A DNA stretch of 64,000 bases from Corallococcus exiguus (GTDB taxonomy: Bacteria > Myxococcota > Myxococcia > Myxococcales > Myxococcaceae): assembly GCF_965139275.1 (NCBI RefSeq), contig NZ_CBCSLE010000005.1; one strand, given 5' to 3'. The translations under genes were made by a program, and so were the position numbers. How positions within the stretch are numbered: the first letter of the stretch is position 1; every line of letters begins with the position of its first letter. Shown in pieces: positions 1 through 11,422 of the stretch. A model generated the notes under the pieces. It searched no databases and was not told the origin of the DNA. It worked only from the letters and a program-made list of their open reading frames with translations.

Positions 1-442
1 TGTCCGCTTCCGCCAGCGCCCGCGCGAGCGCCACGTCGCGTGCCGCCAGGTTCAAGGCGTGCGGGTGCACGATGGACACCAGCTTCGCGCGGCCACCTTG
101 TCCTTGCGTGAAGAGCTGCTCCACCGCCTGTTCGAGCGTGAGGTTGTCCACGCGGGCGGAGACGATGAACGGGCGCACTTCGGGCTGGGCGCTCTCGGGC
201 GGTGCCAACGCGCGAGCCACCGACGTGCGCAACATCACTCCGAAGTCCGTCGCGGGGGTGCGGCCCTGGAGATAGCGCGCCTCCTCGGCGGCAAGGTCTC
301 CATAAGGCAGTCCGAGCAGCCACCGCGCCTCCACCGGCGACAGGTAGCCGCGCGGCAGCACCTCGTTGAAGCGCGCGCCCACCAGCGGAGCGCGCCCGCG
401 CAGGACGTCTCGCAGCGAGGCTCGGGGAAGGGGTGCCTTCAT
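1..442 (-). CDS. WecB/TagA/CpsF-family (GT26-like) glycosyltransferase, N-terminal part only (gene continues beyond window start)
   Basis: Minus-strand ATG at 440-442 overlaps the TGA stop (439-441) of the upstream GT gene (ATGA coupling). My translation MKAPLPRASLRDVLRG...VRPFIVSARVDNLTLEQAVEQLF...KLVSIVHPHALNLAARDVALARALAEAD resembles the conserved N-terminal region of WecB/TagA/CpsF transferases. Absent from the ORF track because the window edge truncates it. Confidence 0.5.
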   Translation of the reverse strand, partial: MKAPLPRASLRDVLRGRAPLVGARFNEVLPRGYLSPVEARWLLGLPYGDLAAEEARYLQGRTPATDFGVMLRTSVARALAPPESAQPEVRPFIVSARVDNLTLEQAVEQLFTQGQGGRAKLVSIVHPHALNLAARDVALARALAEAD

Positions 443-1581
443 CGAACACCTCCCACGGCGCGGCACAGGGCCAGCAGGTCGTCGCCCGTGCGGTCCCAGC
501 TGCGCTGGCGGGCGTGCCCTGGACCTTCGCGCCGCACCCGCGCGGCCAGTGGCTCATCCCGCACCACCCGCGTCAGCGCCGCCGCCATGTCCCGCTCGTC
601 GAGCGGATCGCACAACACCCCCAGCTCGCCCACCACCTCTGGAAGCGCACCCGCCCGGGCCGCCAGCACGGGCTTGCCCGCCGCGATGGCCTCCAGCGCT
701 GGCAGGCCGAAGCCCTCGCACAGTCCCACCGCGATGAGCGCCTCCGCGCCCGCGACCAGGCCCGGGATGAGGCCGTCCTCCAGGTAGCCCAGGATCCTCA
801 CGCGCTCCTGGAGCCCCAGCCGCTGGAGCTCCTCCCGGATGAGCTGCTCGGCGCCCCAATCCGCGCCGGCCAGCACCAGCTGATGGTCCTGACTCACCGG
901 GGACGCGGCGAAGGCCCGCAGCAGTCGCAGGTGGTTCTTCCCCGGGTGCTCCAGGCGCGACAGGTACAGCAGATACGGCGCCTTCAAACCCAGTCGCTCA
1001 CGGGCCCACGCGGCGCCAGCGCCGTCTCCGAGCGCGAAGCGGTCCGCGTCCACTCCGTTGGGAATGACGTGGATCCGCTCGGGCGCGCAGGACAGGAAGC
1101 TCACCATGTCCCCGCGCGTGGCCTGGCTGACGGCGGCCAGCGCCTCGAAGGACCTCAGCGCCTTGGGCAGAAGCCATCTCACGTAGGTGGTGCGCAGCCG
1201 GTCGTACTTGTCCGGCACGTTGAACTGGGCCAGGTCGTGCACCACGCCCACCGTGGGCAGGCCGGGCCGCAGCGCGACGCGGCGGTTGGCTGCGGGCAGC
1301 AGCAGCACGTCCGCCCCGGCCCCGCGCGCATGCGCTCCGCAGCGGGCGAGGTACCAAGATGCACCCAGCGCGGGCGTGTCGACGACGGCCGGTGCCACGG
1401 CCCGCTCCGCGCCCACGAGCTCCGTGTCATACGCGGCGAAGTCCCGGGCCGTGCCGAGCGCCACCAGCCGGCCTCCGGTTCGCGCAAGCCCTCGTGTCAG
1501 CCGGGGCAGCATCGCGCGCACATACGTGCCAATGCCCGAGCGCCCCCAATCCGTTCCCCCCAGCGCGACGGCCAGCCTCAC
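439..1581 (-). CDS. Glycosyltransferase family 1 (GT4-type)
   Basis: ORF 439..1806(-). Conserved GT4 N-terminus begins at VRLAVALGGTDWGRSGIGTYVRAML, so the start is placed at GTG 1579-1581, overlapping the TGA stop of the upstream acetyltransferase (GTGA). C-terminal EGFGLPALEAIAAGKPV motif is typical of the GT1 EX7E region. Confidence 0.8.
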   Translation of the reverse strand: MRLAVALGGTDWGRSGIGTYVRAMLPRLTRGLARTGGRLVALGTARDFAAYDTELVGAERAVAPAVVDTPALGASWYLARCGAHARGAGADVLLLPAANRRVALRPGLPTVGVVHDLAQFNVPDKYDRLRTTYVRWLLPKALRSFEALAAVSQATRGDMVSFLSCAPERIHVIPNGVDADRFALGDGAGAAWARERLGLKAPYLLYLSRLEHPGKNHLRLLRAFAASPVSQDHQLVLAGADWGAEQLIREELQRLGLQERVRILGYLEDGLIPGLVAGAEALIAVGLCEGFGLPALEAIAAGKPVLAARAGALPEVVGELGVLCDPLDERDMAAALTRVVRDEPLAARVRREGPGHARQRSWDRTGDDLLALCRAVGGVR

Positions 1582-2132
1582 GGAGCGGCCTCCCCGGGAC
1601 GGGACGCCCGCACCACGCGCGCCGGCACGCCCACCGCCACGGACGCAGGGGGAATGGCCCCACGCACCACGCTGGCCGCGCCCACCAGGCACCCGTCGCC
1701 CACGGACGCGCCCGCCAGCACCGTCGTCCCGTTGGCCAGCACCACGCCCCGGCCAATGCGCGTGCCCGCGCCCCGCTGGACGGTGACGCCGTGGAGCAGG
1801 GTGCACTCCGGGCCAATCTCCACCCCATCGCCAATGACGATGTTGAAGGGGTGCGGCAGCCTCAAGCCGGGGCCGATATCATCCGTCCACACATCGATGT
1901 GGAAGCCCACGCGCAACAGCGTGGACAGGCCCAGTGAAGTGCCCAGTCCGCGCCGGAGCACCGCCCCCCACCGCAGCAGGCCCACCGCCCATAAGGACGG
2001 ATCCGCCAGGGCCGCGGCTCTGGGAAAGCGCGCCCCCCGGTCCCTGACCGCATCCACCACCCGGGCCCTGTCCGAACGCAGGGCGCGCAACGGCTCCATG
2101 CAGGCATGGATTGACTTCGCTGACGCACGCAT
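1578..2132 (-). CDS. Serine O-acetyltransferase-like hexapeptide-repeat acyltransferase
   Basis: 184-aa ORF with left-handed beta-helix hexapeptide repeats (IGDGVEIGPECTLLHGVTVQ..IGRGVVLANGTTVLAGASVGDGCLVGAASVV), CysE/EpsC-like. Stop overlaps the next GT start. Confidence 0.7.
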   Translation of the reverse strand: MRASAKSIHACMEPLRALRSDRARVVDAVRDRGARFPRAAALADPSLWAVGLLRWGAVLRRGLGTSLGLSTLLRVGFHIDVWTDDIGPGLRLPHPFNIVIGDGVEIGPECTLLHGVTVQRGAGTRIGRGVVLANGTTVLAGASVGDGCLVGAASVVRGAIPPASVAVGVPARVVRASRPGEAAP

Positions 2133-2482
2133 GGGCGGCTGCCGCTTGCAAGGCAGGAACCATGGCGTCGCACGCGCTGCCGGTGCGTGTCAGGTCGCCT
2201 CGGGCCTGTCTGCGTCCCGAACTGGGATGTCTCATCTGGGGACGCCGGGATGTCCCAAACGTAGACAACGCCGGGATTTGTCAAACAGGCCAGAGGACAA
2301 GTCGTTGGCCGAGCGCATCCGGATCAACCAGAGGGGATGTCTCGACATGCGGGAATGGTCTGTGCAAACGGATGCGTTTGCTGTCCCGCGTACTCCGATG
2401 TGCGAGTGCCCGGCCTCGCGCATCACCGGGACCGGAGGCGTGCTCCCGTCAAGCGCATCCCCCTGTCAGGAGACCCGAAACC

Positions 2483-3898
<1,416 letters not shown>

Positions 3899-3924
3899 CA
3901 CGCTCCCCGGTGCGCGAGGCGTCG

Positions 3925-4857
3925 TCATCGGGAGAGCCCCAGCAGGCGCAACGCCGCTCGCGACAGGAGCCGGCGCCGCGCGAGCAACAGGGGATCTCCC
4001 AGCGGGAGCAGGGGACCGGTGCCCTCCAGTGAGGCCAGTCCGTCGGGGGTGGCGATGGCATCGCGCACCTCCAGGCCCTCGCCCACCACGGTCTCCTCTT
4101 CCACCACGGCGTTCACCAGACGGGTGCCGCGCTCGATGATGGCGCGCGCTCCAATGAGCGCCCCCGGACCGATCCGCGCTCCGGCGCACACGAGCGCCTG
4201 GGGGCCGATGAGCACGGGAGGGTTCACCTCGGCGCCGCGCTGGAGGAGGGCGCCGCGCGCCACCCAGACCCCCGGTGCCCGCTCAGCCGCGTGGATGAGG
4301 AGCCGCGAGGTTCCTTCCGCCCGCGGCAGCCGCCCCAGCAGCGCCTTGCAGGCCAGCCGCAGGGCCGCGCCCGGAGTCTCCAGGCGCGCGCCCCACCCGG
4401 GCAGCTCCTCCTCCGTGACGGGACCGGTGGCAGCGGTGATCAGGTGCACCTCGGCTGGCGCGAAGGGCTCCACGGCCGGTGGTGGCGTCAGCCGGCCCAC
4501 GCGCACGCCCCGCTCTGGCGCCCGGCGGTAGAAGGCCGCGAGGTCCGCGTTGCCCAGGACGGTGTCCGGCACCACGAGGAAGGGCGCGTGGGCGGGAAAG
4601 CCCGCCGAGTCCGCGATGACGCCCGGCGGAAACAGCGAAGCCGTGGGGACGAAGACGACGTTGCGGGCCAGCGACTCCTGCTGTGAGACGAGGCTGCGCA
4701 GCTCCTCTCCATGGGCGCCCGCGCCGATGTCGATGGCCACCTTCTCGAAGCCCGACGCGCGCAGCCACTGCAGCTGGCGGGTGACGAGCGGGGGCCCGGC
4801 CACGGACAGGAACCCGGCGCCAGGAGCCGCGGCGCTGCGATGGATGACGGCGAACAT
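3925..4857 (-). CDS. Sugar-nucleotidyltransferase-like protein with C-terminal left-handed beta-helix
   Basis: Start placed at ATG 4855-4857 (MFAVIHRSAAAPGAGFLSVAGPPLV...). C-terminus has hexapeptide repeats (LIGPQALVCAGARIGPGALIGARAIIERGTRLVNAVV) as in GlmU/mannose-1-P guanylyltransferase-type enzymes. The upstream 61 codons of ORF 3925..5040 are Arg/Pro-rich filler. Confidence 0.55.
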   Translation of the reverse strand: MFAVIHRSAAAPGAGFLSVAGPPLVTRQLQWLRASGFEKVAIDIGAGAHGEELRSLVSQQESLARNVVFVPTASLFPPGVIADSAGFPAHAPFLVVPDTVLGNADLAAFYRRAPERGVRVGRLTPPPAVEPFAPAEVHLITAATGPVTEEELPGWGARLETPGAALRLACKALLGRLPRAEGTSRLLIHAAERAPGVWVARGALLQRGAEVNPPVLIGPQALVCAGARIGPGALIGARAIIERGTRLVNAVVEEETVVGEGLEVRDAIATPDGLASLEGTGPLLPLGDPLLLARRRLLSRAALRLLGLSR

Positions 4858-4936
4858 GGTGTCGTCGGTTCCGTTCCTGGGGGGCCCGCCGGACGGAGGG
4901 CTGCCCTGTGATGACGCGCGCGAAGGCGTCTTCCTC

Positions 4937-6796
4937 TCAGCGCGGCTCCTTTCGCGGGAAGGGCCCTTCCATGCCCCTCGACGCTCCGGAGCCGGACCAG
5001 AAGCCCATGACGTCGCCCACGCGATCCGGATGGGTAGCAAGGTCGGTGCCGAGCCCCACCACCACGAAGCCGACGCACGCCTCGCTCCCGAGCAGGCGCC
5101 GCAGCGCCCACACTTCGAACACGGAGTGCGCGCCGGAGCTGGCGAGGACGAGCACCCGCGCTCCCTTGCGGACCGCTAGTCGCAGCGCCTGCGGACGCCG
5201 AGCCTCCTCCCAAGACACGAGCGTCGCGCCTCGTCCCGGGACGTCATCCCGGGCTGGGACGTCCGTTGCCCCAAGCCGGGACAGCAGCTCCCGGGTCCGC
5301 TCCTGCTGCGATTCCCCGAGCGGCAACACCCGCGTCACGCCGCTCGCCTCGTCCAGCGCGGTCCGGAGCTCCACGACGAGCTCCTCCAGGCCTTCAGCGG
5401 TGGCGGGCCAGGGAGTGGCGGCCACCACCGGGCCGCGTCCCCAGAACGAGAACTCGGCCGGCGTCCACAGCTTGAAGCCGCGCAGCGAGGAAGCGGTGAG
5501 GGCCACCACGGCTAGCAGCGCGAAGAAGGGAGGCAGCAGCAGGGCCACCGCGCGCCGGTAGGACTTCGAGGGACGCGTCGGCGGGGTGGCGGAGGTGAGC
5601 ACGCGCAGCTCCATCTCGGGCTGGCGCACCTCGCCCTCCACCACCTTCTGACGCTGCTGGAGTTCGGTGAGGCGCGTCTCGGTGATGTGGATCCGCGCGA
5701 GCAGCGCACTGGCCTGGCCCTCCAAAGCGGAGAGCCGTGCGATGCGCTCCTTCGCGGCCTCCTCCGCTTCGGCGTAGGCGCGCCACTTCTTCTGGGCCAG
5801 CTCCCGCTGCGAACCGGCGTCCAGCAGGCTGTTCTGGAGGAAGGTCCAGGAGGGGTTGGTCCCCACGACGCGGTCGGAGACGGTGCCACCCGCGGGCCGG
5901 GACTCCAGGGCCCGCACGGCGGCGGTGAGCTGCACCACCTCGGGATGTTCCATGGAGAGATTGGCTCCGCGGGCGGCGAGCTCCGCGCGCAGCTCGGCCA
6001 GCTTGCGCAGCTCGAAGTAGCTCTCGGTCTCCGACAGCACCATCCGGCTGGGCTGCTCACGGGCCGCCTGCTTCAGCAACAGCGCCCTGGCGTCCGAGGA
6101 CTCCGCTTCGATGCGGAAGCGGTTCTTCTCGGTGCGCAGCCGCGCCGCCTCCTCGATGGAGGACTGCCGGTCGAGCGTGAGCTCCGCGATGCCGTTCTCC
6201 TGGCGGAAGCCGTCGTAGTGCGCCCGGGCCTCCTCCAGCTGCGCCTGGACCTTGAGCACCTCCTCGCCCAGCGCCTTCAGCTGCGCCTCGGCCCGAGTCC
6301 GCTCCGAGTCCCGCTGATGGTCCAGGAACACCTGGGTCATGGCGTCGGAGAGCCGGACGGCCTCCTCGGGGCTCGCTGCGGTCGCGGAGAGGGTGAGGAT
6401 GTTGGAGCCGCGGGACACGGCGATGTCCACCCGCCGGGCCAGCGCCTCCAGGGTCACCGGCAGGCCCGTGCGCGTGCGCAGCGCCTCCAGGTTGTTGGGG
6501 AGCTTGAGCGTGTCCATCAGCGTCTGGATCTCCCGCTCGGGGTTCGCCGCCGCGCGCGAGCCCGTGGGCTCCCAGACGAGAATGGTGCGAGCGGTGAACT
6601 CGCGGGGCATCACGGTCTTGGCCAGCAGCACGCCCAGGACGATGCCCGCGACGAAGCACCCGCCGATGATCCGCCAGCGGCGCCGCAGCACCCGCGCGAT
6701 GCGCAGGGGATCAACGGGATACCCGGAGCGCACCGACTCCTGTCGCACGGGCGCCGTCTGCGTTTCGGGCTCCGGGCCCTCTTCCAGCGAGAACAT
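4937..6796 (-). CDS. Polysaccharide co-polymerase (Wzz/Wzc-type chain-length determinant) lacking a C-terminal tyrosine-kinase domain
   Basis: Start at ATG 6794-6796 (MFSLEEGPEPE). N-terminal TM helix (IIGGCFVAGIVLGVLLA), long periplasmic coiled-coil region, second TM helix (AVALLLPPFFALLAVVALTA). No Walker A/B BY-kinase motifs in the C-terminus. Confidence 0.7.
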   Translation of the reverse strand: MFSLEEGPEPETQTAPVRQESVRSGYPVDPLRIARVLRRRWRIIGGCFVAGIVLGVLLAKTVMPREFTARTILVWEPTGSRAAANPEREIQTLMDTLKLPNNLEALRTRTGLPVTLEALARRVDIAVSRGSNILTLSATAASPEEAVRLSDAMTQVFLDHQRDSERTRAEAQLKALGEEVLKVQAQLEEARAHYDGFRQENGIAELTLDRQSSIEEAARLRTEKNRFRIEAESSDARALLLKQAAREQPSRMVLSETESYFELRKLAELRAELAARGANLSMEHPEVVQLTAAVRALESRPAGGTVSDRVVGTNPSWTFLQNSLLDAGSQRELAQKKWRAYAEAEEAAKERIARLSALEGQASALLARIHITETRLTELQQRQKVVEGEVRQPEMELRVLTSATPPTRPSKSYRRAVALLLPPFFALLAVVALTASSLRGFKLWTPAEFSFWGRGPVVAATPWPATAEGLEELVVELRTALDEASGVTRVLPLGESQQERTRELLSRLGATDVPARDDVPGRGATLVSWEEARRPQALRLAVRKGARVLVLASSGAHSVFEVWALRRLLGSEACVGFVVVGLGTDLATHPDRVGDVMGFWSGSGASRGMEGPFPRKEPR

Positions 6797-6931
6797 CCGG
6801 TGAGGACGGCTGCACGGTGGATGCCAGTGTCCAGCCAGCTTGGGTGGGCGCGGGTGGCGGAGCTCTTGCAATGCCAGACACCGTCGCGGACGGCGGGAGC
6901 GCTCGGAGCCGTCTCACATTGAGACAGAACC

Positions 6932-8155
6932 ATGTCCCGGGAAGAGATGACACCAGGAGGAGACAGCGCCGGGGCACGGCACTTCCGGCCGCGTCGTGTG
7001 CTCGTGGTCTTCGTCGATGCGCTGGGCCCGTCCCAGCTGGAGACCTTCGAAGGGCTGCGTGGGTTGCCGCACCGGGGCCGCCTGCGCGGCATCCTCGGCT
7101 ATTCATGTGGAGCCCTGCCGACGATCCTCACCGGCGCGCCGCCGGAGCGGCACGGGCGGATGTGCCTCTTCGCGCACGCGGAGCGCGAGGACGAAGGCGT
7201 GCTGTCGCCGCTGAGGTGGCTGGGGCTGTTGCCGCGCCAGGTGCATGAGCGGGGCATGCTGAGGCGTGCCGCGGCGCGGGTGCTGAAGAGGACGGAGGGG
7301 CTGACCGGGTACGTGGACCTGTACCGAGTCCCTCCGGAGCTGTTCCGCTGGCTCGACCTGCCGGAGCGTGAGGACCTGTTCAACGCCGAGCGCATCGGCG
7401 GGGTGGAGACGTTCCTCACGAAGGCGAGGCGCGCGGGCCTGCGCGTGTTCGCGGCGCCGTGGCAGATGCCGGAGGAGGAGCGCTGGGCGCACACCTGCGC
7501 GGTGTTACGGGCGAGCAAGCCGGACCTGGCCTTCGCGTACGCCACCGCCCTGGACGGCGCCCTGCACCGTACGGGCAACGGCAGCCAAGACGCGCTCGCG
7601 ACGGCCCGGCGGCTCACCGAGCGGATCGAACAGACGGTGGATGCGATGCGCGCGGGCGGAGGTGACGTGACGACGGTGATGGTGGGGGACCACGGGATGG
7701 CGGACATCCACGAGGTGGTGGATCCAAAGCGGATGCTCGGGGAGCTGCTAGGTACGCGGCTGTTCGTGGACAGCACGATGCTGCGGGTCTGGGGTGATGA
7801 GCGGACGCGCGAGAAGGCCCGCGAGCGGATGGTGGCGCACGGGCTCCCGGGGAGATGGCTGGACACGGAGGCGCTGGTGGAGCGACAGGCGCCGGTGCGG
7901 GGTGCTCCTTACGGACAAGCCCTCTTCGTGCTGCGGGAAGGAGCCCTGTTCGCCCCCAGCTTCGTGGGCGGCAACGTGCGAGGCATGCACGGCTACGACG
8001 TGGACAGCCCCTCGGCGTATGCCGCCATCGCCTCGGATGCGCCGCTGCCCCGGGACCGAGGCGCGCTGATGGACGTGGCCGGATGGGTGTGCGCGATGCT
8101 GGGGCTGGAAGGGGAGACGAACCCGGACGGGAGGCCGCCATGGGCCGCGGCTTGA
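6932..8155 (+). CDS. Alkaline-phosphatase-superfamily protein (nucleotide pyrophosphatase/phosphodiesterase-like)
   Basis: 407-aa ORF. N-terminal VLVVFVDALGPSQLE...GALPTILTGAPPERHG and a later VMVGDHGMADIHE resemble the metal-site segments of type I phosphodiesterase/AP-like enzymes. Assignment by motif recall only. Confidence 0.5.
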   Translation: MSREEMTPGGDSAGARHFRPRRVLVVFVDALGPSQLETFEGLRGLPHRGRLRGILGYSCGALPTILTGAPPERHGRMCLFAHAEREDEGVLSPLRWLGLLPRQVHERGMLRRAAARVLKRTEGLTGYVDLYRVPPELFRWLDLPEREDLFNAERIGGVETFLTKARRAGLRVFAAPWQMPEEERWAHTCAVLRASKPDLAFAYATALDGALHRTGNGSQDALATARRLTERIEQTVDAMRAGGGDVTTVMVGDHGMADIHEVVDPKRMLGELLGTRLFVDSTMLRVWGDERTREKARERMVAHGLPGRWLDTEALVERQAPVRGAPYGQALFVLREGALFAPSFVGGNVRGMHGYDVDSPSAYAAIASDAPLPRDRGALMDVAGWVCAMLGLEGETNPDGRPPWAAA

Positions 8156-9327
8156 GGGTCGCATGGCTCAACGACGCCGCCACCCCCGTGGGCGGCGCCG
8201 AGCGCTACGTGCGAGAGACCGCGCGGGAGCTGCGCGGGCGGGGAGTGACGTCGCTGCTCTTCTACGACGTGAACGTCTCGCCGGATCCGCACCCGGTGAT
8301 GCGGGAGCCGTTCGAGGGCATCTTCCCCATCGTCGACCTGGCGCGGCAGCTGAGGGAGCTGGCGCCGGACGTCGTCTACGTGCACCAGCTCGCGAGCCTG
8401 AACGCGCAGCGCGCACTGTTGGATTCGCCAGCGCCGGTGGTCCGCTTCTTCCACGACCACCGGCTGTTCTGCCTGCGCGAGCACAAGTACACGACGCTGG
8501 GAAAGGAGCCCTGCACGAAGCCGGTGGGCGCGGCCTGCTACCCATGTCTCGGCTTCGTGGGCCGTTCAGGGGACTGGCCCGGGCTGAAGTGGGCCTCGCT
8601 GGGGAGGTTGCGGGAGGAGCAGGCGCTGGCCCGGAGTCATCACGCCTTCGTGGTGGGCTCGCGGTACATGGCGGACCACGTGGCGGCGCATGGCTTCCCG
8701 CGCGAGCGGACGCACGTCATCCCGCTGTACGCGCAAGCTCCGCTTCAGTCGCAGGTGCAGGTGGAGCGAGAGGAGGACCTGCTCCTGTTCGTAGGGCAGC
8801 TGACGACAGGCAAGGGCCTGGATGTGCTGTTCCACGCGCTGACACGCACCACTCAGCCGTGCCGACTGGCGGTAGTGGGAAGGGGCCGGCAGGAGGAGGA
8901 GCTGCGCGCGAAGGTGGACGTGCTGGGGTTGTCGAAGCGGGTGGCCTTCCTGGGCCCGATGGCGCCCGAAGCGCTCTCCGAGCAGTACCGGCGGGCCGCG
9001 TGTGTCGTCTTCCCCAGCCGAGCGCCGGAGACGTCCGGACTGGTGGGCATCGAAGCACTGGCGCACGGGACGCCAGTCATCGCCAGCCAGGTGGGCGGAG
9101 TGGGGGAGTGGCTGACGGAAGGCGAGACGGGGCTGGGCGTGCCGCCAAATGATCCGGAGGCGCTCGCGGAGGCGATCGACAGGCTGATGGCGGCGCCGGG
9201 CCTGAGGAGGACGATGGAGGCACACGCGCGAAGGACCTACGAGGAGCGCTTCGTCCCCGAGCGGCACGTGACGAGGCTTCTGGCTCTGCTGGAGTCGGTG
9301 GCGGGCGCGGGAGGGAGGGCGGCGTGA
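8140..9327 (+). CDS. Glycosyltransferase family 1
   Basis: ATG 8140 with GGAGG 6 nt upstream, overlapping the previous gene by 16 nt. Protein MGRGLRVAWLNDAATPVGGAERYV... carries a GT4 N-domain; C-terminal EX7E-like region ETSGLVGIEALAHGTPVIAS. Confidence 0.8.
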   Translation: MGRGLRVAWLNDAATPVGGAERYVRETARELRGRGVTSLLFYDVNVSPDPHPVMREPFEGIFPIVDLARQLRELAPDVVYVHQLASLNAQRALLDSPAPVVRFFHDHRLFCLREHKYTTLGKEPCTKPVGAACYPCLGFVGRSGDWPGLKWASLGRLREEQALARSHHAFVVGSRYMADHVAAHGFPRERTHVIPLYAQAPLQSQVQVEREEDLLLFVGQLTTGKGLDVLFHALTRTTQPCRLAVVGRGRQEEELRAKVDVLGLSKRVAFLGPMAPEALSEQYRRAACVVFPSRAPETSGLVGIEALAHGTPVIASQVGGVGEWLTEGETGLGVPPNDPEALAEAIDRLMAAPGLRRTMEAHARRTYEERFVPERHVTRLLALLESVAGAGGRAA

Positions 9328-10532
9328 GGGACGGACGCTTCACGTTGAAGGGCTCGCCCGAGGTGGAGGCGAGGATCTCCCAGGTGGTGTCAGAAGCGGC
9401 GGCCGTCATCCACGGGCACGTGCGCCCGGACGAGCTGCGGACGCTGGCCCTCATTGGCGGCTACGGGCGCGGTGAGGGAGGAGTGGAGAAGAGGGACGGC
9501 GTCGAACGGCCGCACAACAACCTCGACTTCCTCCTGGTGCTGGAGCGAGCCCCGCGAGAGGGGCTGAAGGCGCGGCTGGACCTGGTGCTGGAGCCGCTGC
9601 GCGAGCGGCACGGGCTGGGGTTGGACCTGGGCGTGACGACGGTGCGGGCGCTGCGAAGGTCCCCGTGTCAGGTCATCTGGTACGACATGCGGTTCGGCCA
9701 CAAGACGGTGGCGGGGGATGCGTCGTTCCTTCCGGGGCTCGAGCACTTCACGCGAGAAGCCATCCCACCCGACGACGTGCGGAACCTGGCGGTGAACCGG
9801 GGCACGCTGCTGATCATCAACCAGGTGCTGCGGGACCAGGGCGCACTGGGCGAGGACGCGCGCCGCACGATCCTCCGGCACACGGCGAAGGCCATCATCG
9901 GCTACGGCGACGCGCTGCTGTACTTCCTGGGTGCATACGACTGGAGCTACGCGGAGAAGCGGCGGCGGATGGCGCTGCGGCACGACGTGCCGGCCGGATT
10001 CCGCAAGCTGTACGACGAGGCGAGCGCCTTCCGCTTGGAGCCGGACTACGCGCGCTTCGCCCCAAGCGAGCTGGGGCCCTGGATGGACGAGGGGAGGGCG
10101 AGGCTCGCGGAGGTGCACCTTACGTGTGAGGCCGCGAGGCTATCGGTGCCCGGGCTGAAGTGGTCCGGATACGCGGAGCGGGCGTTGAAGCACTCCCTCA
10201 AGGAGGGCGGCCTCCAACCGAAGGTCTGGCTGCGTCGGGTGCGCAACGGCGTGAGGTTCCGGCCAAAGGCTTCACCCGAGCTGGGGCTCCGAGCGCGGTT
10301 GGGGCTAAGGCTCGGAGGGCCGCGAGGGGGGTTGGCGGCGGCGTTCCCCTTCGTGGCGTTCGAGGTGGGCGGGCCCCAGGACGCCGAGTTCGCGCGGCAG
10401 CTGCTGCGAGCCGCGAGCCGCGAGCCAGCGGACTTGCGGCGCGCCTATCTGAGGTACTGGGGCGAGTCGGGAGACCCCAACTTCGCGCACGTGGCGAGGA
10501 AGCTCGGCCTGCGCCTGGGGGACCAATCATGA
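9324..10532 (+). CDS. Hypothetical protein, possible nucleotidyltransferase fold
   Basis: GTG 9324 overlaps the TGA of the previous gene (GTGA). LIGGYGRGEGGVEKRDGVERPHNNLDFLLV resembles a pol-beta-type NTase GS...D.D motif. No confident family. Confidence 0.45.
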   Translation: MRDGRFTLKGSPEVEARISQVVSEAAAVIHGHVRPDELRTLALIGGYGRGEGGVEKRDGVERPHNNLDFLLVLERAPREGLKARLDLVLEPLRERHGLGLDLGVTTVRALRRSPCQVIWYDMRFGHKTVAGDASFLPGLEHFTREAIPPDDVRNLAVNRGTLLIINQVLRDQGALGEDARRTILRHTAKAIIGYGDALLYFLGAYDWSYAEKRRRMALRHDVPAGFRKLYDEASAFRLEPDYARFAPSELGPWMDEGRARLAEVHLTCEAARLSVPGLKWSGYAERALKHSLKEGGLQPKVWLRRVRNGVRFRPKASPELGLRARLGLRLGGPRGGLAAAFPFVAFEVGGPQDAEFARQLLRAASREPADLRRAYLRYWGESGDPNFAHVARKLGLRLGDQS

Positions 10533-11422
10533 GTCGCAAGGTCACTGTCATCATGCGCTCGAAGGACTCTGCCTGGGTCATAGGCCAGGCGCTCTCCGGC
10601 CTGTTCTCGCAGGCGCGCAAGGACTTCGAGTTGCTCGTGGTGGACTCGGGCTCCAGGGACGCGACGCTGGACATCGTCTCGCGCTTCCCCTGCCAACTGA
10701 TCCGCATCGACGCCGGGGCGTACTTCCCAGGCGTGGTGCTCAACCGGGCCATCCGCGAAGCGCAAGGCGACATCATCGTCTTCCAGAACTCCGACGTGGT
10801 GCCGCTGACGCCGCAGGCGCTGGACCGGTTGCTGGAGCCCATTGAGCGCACCGATGCGGACGCGACCTTCGCGCGGCAGCTGCCGAGGCCGGAAGCGCAC
10901 ACGTGGGTGCGAAGGGATTACGAGGTCGCGTTCCCGGAGCAGGGAACTCCGCCGCCGTGGATGACGTACTCGCTGCCGTTCGCGGCGATGACGCGGGATG
11001 CGTGGCTCAAGCACCCGTTCTACGAGGACGCGTGGGGCTCCGAGGACACGGAGTGGGGACACCGGGCGCGAGGCGACGGGCTCCGGGTGCGCTACGTGCC
11101 GGACGCGTGGGTGATGCACTCGCACAACTACACGCTGAAACAGTTGTACGGGCGCCGCTTCATCGAAGGAGAGGCGGATGCCTTCATCCGGGAGGAGCCC
11201 GCGTCGCTGACGGGACTGGCCCGGAAGCTGGGCGCGTCATGGGCAAGGGATGCGGTCGTGCACATCCGGGCGCGCGACGCCGCGGGCCTGGCGCTCTCCG
11301 TTCCCCGGAGGCTCGTGTACCACTGGGCTTATTGGAAGGGACACCAGTGGGGAGAGCAGCGCCTGCGGAGCGGGAACGCGGACGCGAGCGTCGGTCAGCG
11401 GGTGGTGCTGCGGAGGCAGTGA
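10529..11422 (+). CDS. Glycosyltransferase family 2
   Basis: ATG 10529 overlaps the upstream stop (ATGA). MSRKVTVIMRSKDSAWVIGQALSGL...ELLVVDSGSRDATLDIV is the GT2 N-terminal DxD-containing fold. Confidence 0.8.
   Translation: MSRKVTVIMRSKDSAWVIGQALSGLFSQARKDFELLVVDSGSRDATLDIVSRFPCQLIRIDAGAYFPGVVLNRAIREAQGDIIVFQNSDVVPLTPQALDRLLEPIERTDADATFARQLPRPEAHTWVRRDYEVAFPEQGTPPPWMTYSLPFAAMTRDAWLKHPFYEDAWGSEDTEWGHRARGDGLRVRYVPDAWVMHSHNYTLKQLYGRRFIEGEADAFIREEPASLTGLARKLGASWARDAVVHIRARDAAGLALSVPRRLVYHWAYWKGHQWGEQRLRSGNADASVGQRVVLRRQ

Noticed and set aside
59-787. 242-aa and 123-aa plus-strand ORFs at the window start
   Set aside because: No recognisable motifs. The minus strand here encodes a WecB/TagA-like N-terminus that is translationally coupled (ATGA) to the downstream GT gene.
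4937-5300. BY-kinase (Walker A/B) domain at the C-terminus of the Wzz/Wzc-like protein
   Set aside because: No GxxGxGK[ST] or Walker B/Tyr-cluster could be found in the C-terminal 200 aa. Called as a kinase-less PCP instead.
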